NCBI GenBank assembly: GCA_905233625.1
Contig: CAJOFJ010000005.1
Location: 119-64,118, forward strand
DNA length: 64,000 nt
Direction of reading: 5' to 3'
DNA from: an uncultured Bacteroidales bacterium
Lineage (GTDB): Bacteria > Bacteroidota > Bacteroidia > Bacteroidales > WCHB1-69
The first letter of the stretch is position 1; each line of letters starts with the position of its first letter. Position numbers and translations under genes: made by a program. The notes beneath the pieces are model-generated. The model made no database searches and was not told where the DNA came from. It saw nothing but the letters and a program-made list of their open reading frames with translations. Below are positions 28,253 to 37,679 of the stretch, one piece after another.

Positions 28253-29416
28253 TCAATCATGTATGCAACGAACAGAGAAACCGTAAGCCTTAGTGTCCAA
28301 ATACCGTCCCAAACAGGCATTGTCAAAGCCGATATTGCAACTATAAGCATAAAAAGCATCGTACTCTTTAGCGCACCAGAAATTGGCCTTATAGCCGAAA
28401 TTGCTATAATGACCATCGTTATGCAAGCCTGCCGGATAGGCATTAAATCCCGACAAATCATTAAAACTCATATCATTACCAACGGCACAAGCATTCGTAC
28501 TGGACTGCCATTTTGAATCGGAAGCCAATGCCTTGGCAATATTTTTATTTGCGTCATCACCGCAACCCATACCCGACGACATCACGAACTGCTCCAGCTT
28601 ATCCCACTCCTCTTTGGTAGGCAGATGCCAGCCCTTCGGGCAAACCACTTTCGCAGATCTCCAATCATACAAGTACCCATACATAGGCACATTTGAAGCC
28701 TTTCCGTTGGGAACATAATAGTTCAGGACTTTTCCGTCGATACCCACTGTGGCCCGCATATTTTCGCTCATCCAGCATTGTTTACCGATTTGAATAGTAT
28801 TGTAGGAGTTTCCTTCTGCATCATGTACGGTTTTTTCCTTGCATTGGCGACGATTGGCCGTCACAGTTTTTTCCGCGGACTGCGATTCTACATTTTTATC
28901 ATCGTATTCCTTTTTGGCATTCCGTTCTTTCGTATCCGTGCCAACATTTGTTTTACCTTTTTCCTTTAAGTTATCAGAACTCATATAATGTGAGGCAAAC
29001 TGGCACATCGCATTTTTATGGTTTTTCCATGAAAAAGCCGTATTTTCCGTATGAATAATTTTCTGAGAGCGCACATCAGACACCCAAACCTCCACCCTGA
29101 CCATGTTATCAACCATTCTCACTTCTCCGCTGACAATGGCCGTCAAATTAAGAGCTTCTCCGATTTTCAACTTCTGTTTTTCTGTCAAAGTGGCATTTTG
29201 AAGACCCCGATTCTTCAGTTCCTGAACCAGCTGACTTCTGTCCATCAGGATATATTCCTTCGGAATGAAACAAGCATTGAAAGCCTTCGATAATTTATCC
29301 GCTTTTCTTTGCGAAAAATTATCCTTTGCGCGCAAATTCAGCACAGCGATTGTTTTTTGGGAGTATACCGAGGCTAAGATGTTGAAAAAAACAATAAAAA
29401 GTATGAGTTTTTTCAT
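28253..29416 (-). CDS. Secreted protein with C-terminal FISUMP domain
   Basis: Signal peptide MKKLILFIVFFNILASVYSQ. C-terminal DAEGNSYNTIQIGKQCWMSENM...YGYLYDWRSA..CPKGWHLPTKEEWDKL...SGFNAYPAG...YGFSVRCIHD. Confidence 0.85.
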   Translation of the reverse strand: MKKLILFIVFFNILASVYSQKTIAVLNLRAKDNFSQRKADKLSKAFNACFIPKEYILMDRSQLVQELKNRGLQNATLTEKQKLKIGEALNLTAIVSGEVRMVDNMVRVEVWVSDVRSQKIIHTENTAFSWKNHKNAMCQFASHYMSSDNLKEKGKTNVGTDTKERNAKKEYDDKNVESQSAEKTVTANRRQCKEKTVHDAEGNSYNTIQIGKQCWMSENMRATVGIDGKVLNYYVPNGKASNVPMYGYLYDWRSAKVVCPKGWHLPTKEEWDKLEQFVMSSGMGCGDDANKNIAKALASDSKWQSSTNACAVGNDMSFNDLSGFNAYPAGLHNDGHYSNFGYKANFWCAKEYDAFYAYSCNIGFDNACLGRYLDTKAYGFSVRCIHD

Positions 29417-29501
29417 TCCTGGGGGTCAAATAAAACGAAGTGCAAAAATAAGAAAATTAGTCACTTGCTAAACAAATAAAAAGCAAGAAAACACATACAC
29501 A

Positions 29502-32500
29502 CTATTTCACCTCGATGGTCTTCTGCAAACGAATATCCTGACTGGAAGCACCCAGCATCAACGTAAACAATGAGGGTTCGAAGCGAAGCCTGCCATCTTC
29601 ATCCATGAAAGAAAAGTCTTCTTTGGAAAGTTTCATCGTAATCGTTTGACGCTCCCCTTTTTTCAGAAAAACTTTCTCGAAAGCGATCAGCTGGCGTTCG
29701 GGACGCACCACCGAAACATGTTCCTGACGAAGATATAACTGTGCCACCTCTGCCCCATCCCGGTCTCCCGTGTTGGTCAGGATGAAAGAAATCGTCACTG
29801 AATCAGCCTGTTGAGTGACATTCATATCTGTAAATGAAAAAGTGGTATAACTCAACCCAAAGCCGAAGGGATACAAAGGCTGGGCAGATTCGTCGGTATA
29901 ATTATTCCTGTGATTGGCCGCATTATAATATATAGGTAGTTGTCCAACTGAACGGGGATAAGAAACAGGCAGTTTTCCCGACGGATTGGCATCGCCGAAA
30001 ATAAGGTCGGCCAAGGCATTGCCGCCCTGCGCGCCCGGGTACCAGGCATTGAGGATAGCAGGAACATAATCATCTGCCCAATTCAAATCCAGCGGACGGC
30101 CCTGAATCATCACCAACACAATGGGCTTTCCTGTAGGAGCCAATGCCTCCAGCAACCGTTGCTGATAGCCCATCAAAGACAGTGTTGCACGGTCAAAACC
30201 TTCGCCCGATTCCATGTCACTCACCTTGTCATTCACCGTTTTTGCTGCACCCGTTTCCATATAGCTGGTTTGAAAATCACGGGCACTGGAACCTCCCAAG
30301 GCCACGATAACCACCTCTGCCCAACGGGCAGTGGCCACGGCCTTGTCAATTTCATTCCACGACATATCACGGATGTCACAACCCTTCACATAATGGATCT
30401 CGGCATTGGGCAATTTGTTTTTGATGCCTTGCAACAACGTCACCACCTCGCCATCGGCCTGCGGAGCGGTATAGTCCCCTAACATGTTATATATATTGTC
30501 GGCATTGGGCCCGATTACCGCCACCCGTTTCACATTCTTGGACAGCGGCAGCAAATTGTCATTCCGCAACATCACCACCGATTCTGTGGCCGCCCGACGG
30601 TTCAACTCATCAAAAGCGAAGTCTGTTTTAAACTTTTCACTATCCAAAAGTTTAAAATCAGCATACGATTTATCAAACAAACCTAACTTGAACTTATACC
30701 TCAGCACGTGTCTCACAGCCTCATCCAGCTCTTTTTCCGACACCAATCCTTCCTTCAGAGCCTCCATCAAGGGTTGGGTATAGCAAGAAGCTCCAAGGTC
30801 GATATCCACCCCAGCTTTCAGGGCCTGAACCGCAGCCTCCTTATAGTCGGTCGCCATGCGAGAACTCACCAGGCCATTGATAGCATACAGATCGGAAATC
30901 ACCACTCCGTCGAACTGCCAAGCATTGCGTAAGATATTTTTTATCAACCATTTGTTGGCAGAGCAAGGCACTCCGTCAATGTCGTTATAGGCGGTCATCA
31001 CGCCCCCGACTTCCTGTCCCTGGCGGAAAGGGAGGGAAAGCTGCGACAGCAATTCACGGGTTCCCACATGCGAGGAAGCCCCGTTGTGGCCACCCTCCGA
31101 TACGCCGTAGGCCGACAGGTGCTTCATCACAGGCAGCGTGCCCCCAAAAGCCAAGCCCCGTGCGTAGGCACCTCCCATCTGAGCTGCCAGCACCGGATCT
31201 TCTCCATAGCCTTCTTCCATACGCGACCAGCGGGGATCACGACTGAGGTCCAGCACGGGACCGAAGGCCACATTGGCGCCCTGCAAAGCCGTCTGTTTGG
31301 CGACCGCTTTGCCCAACTCATTTTCCAATTGCTTGTTGAAAGTGGATGCCCTTCCCAAAGCCGTCGGAATCACCGTGGTGCCGATGGCCATGTGCCCGTG
31401 GGGGCACTCTTCTGCCAAAAACAAAGGAATGCCCAGTCGGGTATGCTCACACACCCAGCGCTGCATGGCATTGCTCACCGCCAGCGCCATCGGAGGATTC
31501 AGACCATTGTCAAGGGTTTTCTGCGTCCACGGGTCGGCACGCATCACCGCCCATGAACCACCAATCAGTTTCTGGCCCATGTCTTGCTCAAACTTGTCTG
31601 TCAACCTGAAACTCTGTCCTTCCCGTTCGTAATAGCTCCAGCCCATGGTCATCGCCAACTGTCCCACCTTTTCTTCGAGGGTCATCTGCTGCAGCAGGTC
31701 CTCCACTCGCATGTCAATGCTCTGCGACGGGTTCTCATACACATCGCAACGGCCGTTCTTGTTCAAATCCTGATATGCCGGCGCATCCACCGCGAACTTG
31801 AGGACAAAAGGCCTCTGACTATCCGAAAGCTCATACGTCAAGCGCACGCTCACCTTGCCATTCTCCACTTTATAATACACCGGTCCCTTGCCGCTCAGCA
31901 GCTGCATCTTCGCCCCTTTGGCCGGAATATTCCCGGTCCAGGTCAGCATGGCATCGCGGGTACCGGGACATAAGGCATAGACATATTTGCCATCTTTCGA
32001 GGTGGTAAACCACAGGTTTTCAGCCTGATAATTATCCAAACAACGGGTATTGTAAATGGCTTCGCCATTCAACTTCATCCAAGCCCCTATCTCTTCCAGA
32101 ATCTTCACCACCTCCGGCTCTATCAAGCCCTGGGGAGTGGAACCGACTCCCAGCAGCAGGCTACCGCCCTTGGCCACAATTTCCATCATCATGCCGATGA
32201 CCTCCTTGGCGGACTTGAACTTCGCGTTGGGCACATAGCCCCAGTCCTTGCTCAACGGCACGCAGGTCTCCCATGGATGGGACAGCTGTTTCTCAGGAAT
32301 CTGTTTTTCAGGGGTTTGGTAATTCTCATACTCGCCTCCCACCGTACGGTCCACTATCAAAATGCCCGGCTGATTTTGGCGGGCGATACGGGCCACCGTC
32401 TCCATATTGATGTCCTCTTCGGGCGGACGCACCCAGCCGCCGTCGAGCCAGAGAATGTCCACTTTGCCGTAGCGCTGCGTGATTTCACCAATCTGCCCAT

Positions 32501-33137
32501 AGACAAATTGCTTGAAATTCTCCCAGCGTTGCGGATGCTGGTCAATCTTATAGTTCACATGACGATTAGGGGTGGCATAACGGCTCCACCAGTAATCCTG
32601 CGAATGCCAGTCGGGCTTGGAGAAATAGGCGCCGATCATCATATTCTGCTTTCTGAAAGCCTCGAAGACATACTTCAAAGCATCGGCTTTTGGATTTTGT
32701 GCGAAAGGGCCTTTGGCAATAGAGAAATCACTGTATTTGGTGTCGAATAACGCAAAACCATCATGATGTTTGGTCGTGAACACCACATATTTCATGCCGG
32801 CATCATGAGCCACTGATGCCCACTGGTCGGGATTGAAATCCACCGGATTGAACTCCTTGCTCAGGTTCCAATACCACTGCTTATAGTCGTCGTAAGGAAT
32901 GGTGCTATCGCGCGGAATCCAGTCCTCATCCTCGGAGCAGATGGACCACGACTCCACAATGCCCGGCACGGCATACAGTCCCCAATGGATAATCATCCCG
33001 AATTTCAGGTCTTTCCACTCTTCCAGTTTGGCTTTCACCTCAGCTTCCTTCGGCGCCACATAATAGGACGCATAATCCTGAGCAAAAACAGTCGCAGCAT
33101 AAGCTAGTATCAACAAGATGGTCAATAGTCTCTTCAT
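29502..33137 (-). CDS. Fusion of GH29 alpha-L-fucosidase (N-terminal) and GH3 beta-glucosidase/BglX-like (C-terminal)
   Basis: ATG 33137 gives signal peptide MKRLLTILLILAYAATVFAQ. GH29: FGMIIHWGLYAVPG, YVVFTTKHHDGFALFDT. GH3: MTLEEKVGQL, GPVLDLSRDPRWSRMEEGYGEDP, MTAYNDIDGVPCSANKWL, VISDLYAI. Confidence 0.88.
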   Translation of the reverse strand: MKRLLTILLILAYAATVFAQDYASYYVAPKEAEVKAKLEEWKDLKFGMIIHWGLYAVPGIVESWSICSEDEDWIPRDSTIPYDDYKQWYWNLSKEFNPVDFNPDQWASVAHDAGMKYVVFTTKHHDGFALFDTKYSDFSIAKGPFAQNPKADALKYVFEAFRKQNMMIGAYFSKPDWHSQDYWWSRYATPNRHVNYKIDQHPQRWENFKQFVYGQIGEITQRYGKVDILWLDGGWVRPPEEDINMETVARIARQNQPGILIVDRTVGGEYENYQTPEKQIPEKQLSHPWETCVPLSKDWGYVPNAKFKSAKEVIGMMMEIVAKGGSLLLGVGSTPQGLIEPEVVKILEEIGAWMKLNGEAIYNTRCLDNYQAENLWFTTSKDGKYVYALCPGTRDAMLTWTGNIPAKGAKMQLLSGKGPVYYKVENGKVSVRLTYELSDSQRPFVLKFAVDAPAYQDLNKNGRCDVYENPSQSIDMRVEDLLQQMTLEEKVGQLAMTMGWSYYEREGQSFRLTDKFEQDMGQKLIGGSWAVMRADPWTQKTLDNGLNPPMALAVSNAMQRWVCEHTRLGIPLFLAEECPHGHMAIGTTVIPTALGRASTFNKQLENELGKAVAKQTALQGANVAFGPVLDLSRDPRWSRMEEGYGEDPVLAAQMGGAYARGLAFGGTLPVMKHLSAYGVSEGGHNGASSHVGTRELLSQLSLPFRQGQEVGGVMTAYNDIDGVPCSANKWLIKNILRNAWQFDGVVISDLYAINGLVSSRMATDYKEAAVQALKAGVDIDLGASCYTQPLMEALKEGLVSEKELDEAVRHVLRYKFKLGLFDKSYADFKLLDSEKFKTDFAFDELNRRAATESVVMLRNDNLLPLSKNVKRVAVIGPNADNIYNMLGDYTAPQADGEVVTLLQGIKNKLPNAEIHYVKGCDIRDMSWNEIDKAVATARWAEVVIVALGGSSARDFQTSYMETGAAKTVNDKVSDMESGEGFDRATLSLMGYQQRLLEALAPTGKPIVLVMIQGRPLDLNWADDYVPAILNAWYPGAQGGNALADLIFGDANPSGKLPVSYPRSVGQLPIYYNAANHRNNYTDESAQPLYPFGFGLSYTTFSFTDMNVTQQADSVTISFILTNTGDRDGAEVAQLYLRQEHVSVVRPERQLIAFEKVFLKKGERQTITMKLSKEDFSFMDEDGRLRFEPSLFTLMLGASSQDIRLQKTIEVK

Positions 33138-33251
33138 ATCAAACAAGGATAATATAAATAGCAAAAATACAAAATAATGTTGAACAAACACGCACATTTG
33201 CTCTCTAAAAAACAGTCTCAAAAAAAATTTCAAATGGCAGTTGTGGATTCA

Positions 33252-33272
33252 AAAAAAAGTTGTACTTTTGCA
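33252..33272 (+). promoter_or_regulatory. Bacteroidetes-type promoter module for tRNA-Leu (TAcTTTTG -7 box)
   Basis: aaaaaaagttgTActTTTGca is identical over 21 nt to the module in front of tRNA-Glu (40373-40393). It ends 12 nt before the tRNA. Confidence 0.6.
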
Positions 33273-33284
33273 CCCGCAAAACGA

Positions 33285-33371
33285 GCCCAGGTGGTGGAAT
33301 TGGTAGACACGCTACTTTGAGGGGGTAGTGGGAGTACTCCCGTGCAAGTTCGACTCTTGTCCTGGGCACCA
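33285..33371 (+). tRNA. tRNA-Leu (anticodon GAG), type II with long variable arm, CCA encoded
   Basis: Acceptor GCCCAGG/CCTGGGC. D region GTGGAATTGGTAGACAC. Anticodon stem CTACT/GGTAG with loop TTGAGGG. Variable arm GTGGGAGTACTCCCGT. T-loop GTTCGACTC. Confidence 0.9.
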
Positions 33372-33373
33372 AA

Positions 33374-33403
33374 AGCTCTGATTCCGGTCAGAGCTTTTTT
33401 TTT
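33374..33403 (+). terminator. Rho-independent terminator after tRNA-Leu
   Basis: agctctga-ttccgg-tcagagct followed by T9. Confidence 0.8.
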
Positions 33404-33515
33404 GAGCGATGAGCGATGAGCAGCGAGCGGTGGGAGTGTAGGGTTAGGAGGGGCAATGGATTATGGATTACAACTCATAGCTCATAGCTCATAGCTCATA
33501 GCTCACAGCTAACAT
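33404..33515. repeat. 112-nt tract with continuous 7-nt periodicity; left arm (GAGCGAT)n, right arm (CTCATAG)n, which are imperfect inverted repeats
   Basis: gagcgat gagcgat gagcagc gagcggt gggagtg tagggtt aggaggg gcaatgg attatgg attacaa ctcatag x4 ctcacag ctaacat. ATAGCTC is the reverse complement of GAGCTAT (see 58214-58262). Confidence 0.85.
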
Positions 33516-33540
33516 CAAAAACAACCCGCACATTGACATC

Positions 33541-34731
33541 ATGCCCATAGAGACCTCCGAAATAAAAGAAGAACGCGCGATACTTATTGGAGTATGTACA
33601 CCATCAGTGACTCCTGAAAAGGTAAAGGAATACCTGACGGAGCTGGCATTTTTGGTCGATACCGCAGGCGGCGTGCCCGACCGGCAATTTACGCAAAACC
33701 TGCCCTACCCCGACCCCAAAACCTACCTTGGCTCTGGCAAACTCAACGAGGTACGCGACTATGTGGCGGAACACAAAATAGACCTGGCCGTCTTCGACGA
33801 CGAGCTCACGCCTTCACAAGCCCGCAATATCGAAAAAGTACTGGGTTGCAAAATCATGGACCGTACCCACCTGATTCTCGACATCTTCGCCAAGCGCGCA
33901 CAGACCGCCCATGCCAAAGTGCAAGTAGAACTGGCTCAGTACCAATACCTATTGCCCCGACTTACCGGCATGTGGACCCACCTGGAGAAACAACGAGGCG
34001 GTATCGGTATGCGCGGTCCCGGTGAAAAGGAAATCGAGACCGACCGACGTATCATCCGCGACCGCATCTCATTGCTAAAAGAAAAACTGAAAGACATCGA
34101 CCGACAGAAGTCCACCCAACGTGGTAACCGCGAGAAGTTTGTCCGTGTGGCACTCGTCGGCTATACCAACGTGGGCAAATCCACTATGATGAACCTCCTC
34201 AGCAAGTCGGAGGTGTTTGCCGAGAACAAGCTCTTCGCCACCCTCGACACCACCGTCCGCAAGGTGGTCATCAACAACCTTCCATTTTTACTTTCGGACA
34301 CCGTCGGTTTCATCCGCAAACTGCCCCACACTCTGGTGGAATCCTTCAAATCCACTTTGGACGAAATCCGTGAAACCGATTTGCTGCTGCATGTCGTGGA
34401 CATCAGTCACCCCGAATTTGAGGAGCAGATTGCCGTGGTGAACCAGACCTTGGAGGAGCTCAAAGCGGGAAACAAACCCATGATTCTTATTTTCAACAAG
34501 ATAGACAATTATCACTGGATAGAAAAAGAACCCGATGATTTGACTCCGAAAGAAAAGTGCAATATCAGTTTGGAGGAATTAAAAGCCACCTGGATGGCCA
34601 AGAGCAAAACCAAAACGCTATTCATCTCCGCCACCGAAAAAGAGAATATCGAAGAGCTGAAAGAAGTACTGTATGAGGAGATTAAGAAGCTTCACATACA
34701 GATATACCCATACAACAATTTTCTGTATTAA
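33541..34731 (+). CDS. hflX: GTPase HflX
   Basis: VELAQYQYLLPRLTGMWTHLEKQRGGIGMRGPGEKEIETDRR; G1 motif VALVGYTNVGKST. Confidence 0.92.
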   Translation: MPIETSEIKEERAILIGVCTPSVTPEKVKEYLTELAFLVDTAGGVPDRQFTQNLPYPDPKTYLGSGKLNEVRDYVAEHKIDLAVFDDELTPSQARNIEKVLGCKIMDRTHLILDIFAKRAQTAHAKVQVELAQYQYLLPRLTGMWTHLEKQRGGIGMRGPGEKEIETDRRIIRDRISLLKEKLKDIDRQKSTQRGNREKFVRVALVGYTNVGKSTMMNLLSKSEVFAENKLFATLDTTVRKVVINNLPFLLSDTVGFIRKLPHTLVESFKSTLDEIRETDLLLHVVDISHPEFEEQIAVVNQTLEELKAGNKPMILIFNKIDNYHWIEKEPDDLTPKEKCNISLEELKATWMAKSKTKTLFISATEKENIEELKEVLYEEIKKLHIQIYPYNNFLY

Positions 34732-34750
34732 GATAACTAATCACTATTCC

Positions 34751-35386
34751 CTATCTATCCCCTTTGGTGCAATCGCAATAAGAAGTTGTAAGAATATTTG
34801 TATTCGGCAAAAGCTTCTCCATCTGATCCAATTCAGATTGCCGTAACGCCACTTGTCTCAAATCAAAAATCTTCAATGTTCCTGCCAAATTGGTGATTGA
34901 AGCCGGCAGCACATACAACGGATTATCCCAAGCATCTATCATCTCCAATGAAGTCATCTTGCCAATGGATTCAGGCAATTCATATATTTTGTTTTTACTG
35001 ATTACCAATGCTTTAAGCTCCTTCAAATCGGAAATAGTTTCCGGTATTCGCACCAAACGGTTGCTACCCACATTCAGGTAAAGCAATTTCTTAAACTCGC
35101 CAATGCGTTGATTAAGCACCTGTAATTTACAGCCTTTCACGGTGAGTTCTCGCAAGTTAGTCAATTGGAAAATCTTTTCCGGGAGAGAGTCCATCCTACG
35201 TTTGTTCACCAGTTTCAGGCGAAATGCCCTATCGGCATGAAGCAGCGCCTCGTCGATAGATTTATACACCGTACCGTCATCCTGCTGGTCGTAGCCGTAT
35301 CGTACTTTTTGCGCATCAGCTTTCTCGGAAGAGAAGCAGCAAAACACAATTAAAACACTAATTACCAAATATTTGTAATATTTCAT
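34751..35386 (-). CDS. Leucine-rich-repeat protein, secreted
   Basis: Signal peptide. LRRs: LTNLRELTVKGCKLQVL, LLYLNVGSNRLVRIPETISDLKELKALVISKNKIYELPESIGKMTSLEMIDAWDNPL. Confidence 0.85.
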   Translation of the reverse strand: MKYYKYLVISVLIVFCCFSSEKADAQKVRYGYDQQDDGTVYKSIDEALLHADRAFRLKLVNKRRMDSLPEKIFQLTNLRELTVKGCKLQVLNQRIGEFKKLLYLNVGSNRLVRIPETISDLKELKALVISKNKIYELPESIGKMTSLEMIDAWDNPLYVLPASITNLAGTLKIFDLRQVALRQSELDQMEKLLPNTNILTTSYCDCTKGDR

Positions 35387-35732
35387 CCTTATCTTTTTTC
35401 AATTGATTGATCAAATCATTCACTGAGGCGAATTTTTCTTCGGAACGGATTTTCCGACCGATTTTAAACTTCACCTTCGCGTCATAACAATCTTCATTAA
35501 AATCAAAAATATTGATTTCCAGAGTTTTATCCTGAAGCAAAAGCGTTGGACGTGTACCTATATACAACATCCCCTTATAGCTTTTTCCAAGAAGGATCAA
35601 CTCCACAGCGAAAACTCCGGAATCTTCTACTGAACAATGATCATCCAAAACTATGTTGATAGTAGGAAAACCGAAACGGCGGCCATTTTGCAATCCGCGC
35701 ACTACCCTCCCCGATAACCATTGTTCCTCCAT
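35358..35732 (-). CDS. Stand-alone riboflavin kinase domain protein
   Basis: GRVVRGLQNGRRFGFPTINI, GVFAVELIL..YKGMLYIGTRPT, EINIFDFNEDCYD..VKFKIGRKIRSEEKF. ATG at 35732 (the track start at 35735 is GTG). Confidence 0.8.
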   Translation of the reverse strand: MEEQWLSGRVVRGLQNGRRFGFPTINIVLDDHCSVEDSGVFAVELILLGKSYKGMLYIGTRPTLLLQDKTLEINIFDFNEDCYDAKVKFKIGRKIRSEEKFASVNDLINQLKKDKDEILQIFGN

Positions 35733-35742
35733 CACAGAATCA

Positions 35743-36708
35743 TTATGCTTCCGTACCGATACGCTGAGCTATCTGGTAGTTGTTGCGGTCGTTGGAGGAG
35801 CGGGCTATCATCTCGCCCAAGAAACCCGCGAGGAAGAGCATCAAACCAAAGACCATTGCCAGAAGCGCAATATAAAACAACGGCTGTTCTGTCACTTGGC
35901 GGAATGCTATCACATGTCTGTGAATATTAATCAGCTTCTCCACAATCAGCCAAATGGTGATAACAAAGCCAATCAAAAAAGAAACAGTACCCCAAAGGCC
36001 GAAGAAATGCATGGGTTTTTTTCCGAATTTGGATACAAACGAGATGGTCATCAAGTCGAGGAAACCATTGACAAAACGGTCCCAACCGAATTTGGTCACC
36101 CCATATTTACGTTTCTGATGGTGCACCACTTTCTCACCAATATTAGGGAACCCTGCCCATTTGGCAATGACCGGAATATAACGATGCATTTCGCCATAAA
36201 CTTCAATTGACTTCACCACATCCTTACGGTATGCCTTTAGGCCACAGTTGAAATCATGCAGTTGGATACCCGACATACGACGGGTGGTCCAATTGAAGAA
36301 CTTAGACGGGATATTCTTAGCGATTTTAGAATCGTACCTTACTTTTTTCCATCCAGACACCAAATCATAACCCTCCTCGGTAATCATGCGATACAAGTCC
36401 GGAATTTCATCGGGACTGTCCTGCAAGTCGGCATCCATGGTAATCACCACATCGCCTTGGCAGGCCTCGAAACCCACATTCAGAGCGGCAGACTTGCCAT
36501 AGTTTCTTCTGAAACGTATTCCTCTGACAGCAGGATTCTTAGCATGTAATTCCTCTATGATTTTCCACGAGTCGTCAGTGGAACCGTCATCCACCATCAC
36601 CACTTCGTAGGAGAAATGGTTCTCGTTCATCACCCGTTCAATCCAGGCACTCAATTCCGGCAGTGACTCTGCCTCGTTCAACAATGGGACTATTACTGAG
36701 ATGTTCAT
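35743..36708 (-). CDS. Family-2 glycosyltransferase (polyprenyl-phosphate glycosyltransferase-like, C-terminal TM helices)
   Basis: ISVIVPLLNEAESL, VVMVDDGSTDDS, RRNYGKSAALNVGF, ITMDADLQDSPDEI. Confidence 0.88.
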   Translation of the reverse strand: MNISVIVPLLNEAESLPELSAWIERVMNENHFSYEVVMVDDGSTDDSWKIIEELHAKNPAVRGIRFRRNYGKSAALNVGFEACQGDVVITMDADLQDSPDEIPDLYRMITEEGYDLVSGWKKVRYDSKIAKNIPSKFFNWTTRRMSGIQLHDFNCGLKAYRKDVVKSIEVYGEMHRYIPVIAKWAGFPNIGEKVVHHQKRKYGVTKFGWDRFVNGFLDLMTISFVSKFGKKPMHFFGLWGTVSFLIGFVITIWLIVEKLINIHRHVIAFRQVTEQPLFYIALLAMVFGLMLFLAGFLGEMIARSSNDRNNYQIAQRIGTEA

Positions 36709-36728
36709 GATATATTAGGTTACAGGTT

Positions 36729-37637
36729 TCAGTTTTCGTTTGGCAATTCTACATTATTCTCTGAAGCCTCATCAGTTTCTTTCTTTTTGGTCAGATAAAG
36801 GGCAACAAAAATAGCCAGGAAGAGTCCATAAAGCAATACTGAGAAAGCGTACGACAGGGCAACAGGAAGGATGGAAGTATAATGAGGAATTTGGGATTTG
36901 TGTTGTTGATAAGCCTCCTCCAAAACATTCACCTGCTCCATGCCATTACGGGAATTGTTCACCAGCAAGGACAGGGACTGATAGCATGTATCGCCAGCAG
37001 GTACATTCGCCAGCAGATTCTGGTAAACATCCAGAAAAACATGCTGGGCGTATGCCGAAAACCCTGCGTACGTATTGTATGAGGTATCTATCTTGGGACG
37101 GAGCATCACTCGGTCATCGTAGGCAGACAGCATTCTTTCCATTTGCTCACGGGTAAAGTCGGCACAACCCTCTACCAACATTTCGTTCTGCAACATCATA
37201 CCATAAGTCTCCCTCATCACCGAATCTGTCTTATCCAAATATTTACGGGCATCCTCCTGGGTCACCGTATCCTTCTCCAGTCGGGCATAAAAAGCCTCCA
37301 CATTTTGGGAGTTCAGCCTTTCCAAGCCATTTTTATCAATATATTGATAATGAAACAGCATATAACCGAAGGCCACCACAAAAGCCACCACTATCGTTGC
37401 CGCACCCACGCCAAAAGCCTTGGGGAAACGGATAAAGCCGTCGGTTACCTCATCACGGTACTCTTTGATGCTGGCATACAAGAATACGATAATAACAATG
37501 AGTAGCAGAATGCTGAAAACCGCACCTGCATCATAGTTAATATCACGGGCCGCCATCTTCACCAACTCGCATACCGCCAACGCTGCCCCGAGGAAAGCGC
37601 CCCACTTCATAGCCACCAGCAAGAGATTCCTTTTCAT
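36729..37637 (-). CDS. Polytopic membrane protein (possibly DUF4199-like)
   Basis: Four hydrophobic helices flank a soluble insert. It sits directly downstream of the GT2 gene. Family name not verified. Confidence 0.65.
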   Translation of the reverse strand: MKRNLLLVAMKWGAFLGAALAVCELVKMAARDINYDAGAVFSILLLIVIIVFLYASIKEYRDEVTDGFIRFPKAFGVGAATIVVAFVVAFGYMLFHYQYIDKNGLERLNSQNVEAFYARLEKDTVTQEDARKYLDKTDSVMRETYGMMLQNEMLVEGCADFTREQMERMLSAYDDRVMLRPKIDTSYNTYAGFSAYAQHVFLDVYQNLLANVPAGDTCYQSLSLLVNNSRNGMEQVNVLEEAYQQHKSQIPHYTSILPVALSYAFSVLLYGLFLAIFVALYLTKKKETDEASENNVELPNEN

Positions 37638-37679
37638 ATTATGGATTTAAAATGCAAAAATACAAAAAAAAACGACCCC

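Noticed and set aside
33285-33371. Alternative reading of the type-II tRNA as tRNA-Ser (TGA)
   Set aside because: A TGA anticodon would need a GCTAC/GGGTA anticodon stem, which does not pair. CTACT/GGTAG with loop TTGAGGG gives anticodon GAG, and the acceptor/D-arm sequence is Leu-like.
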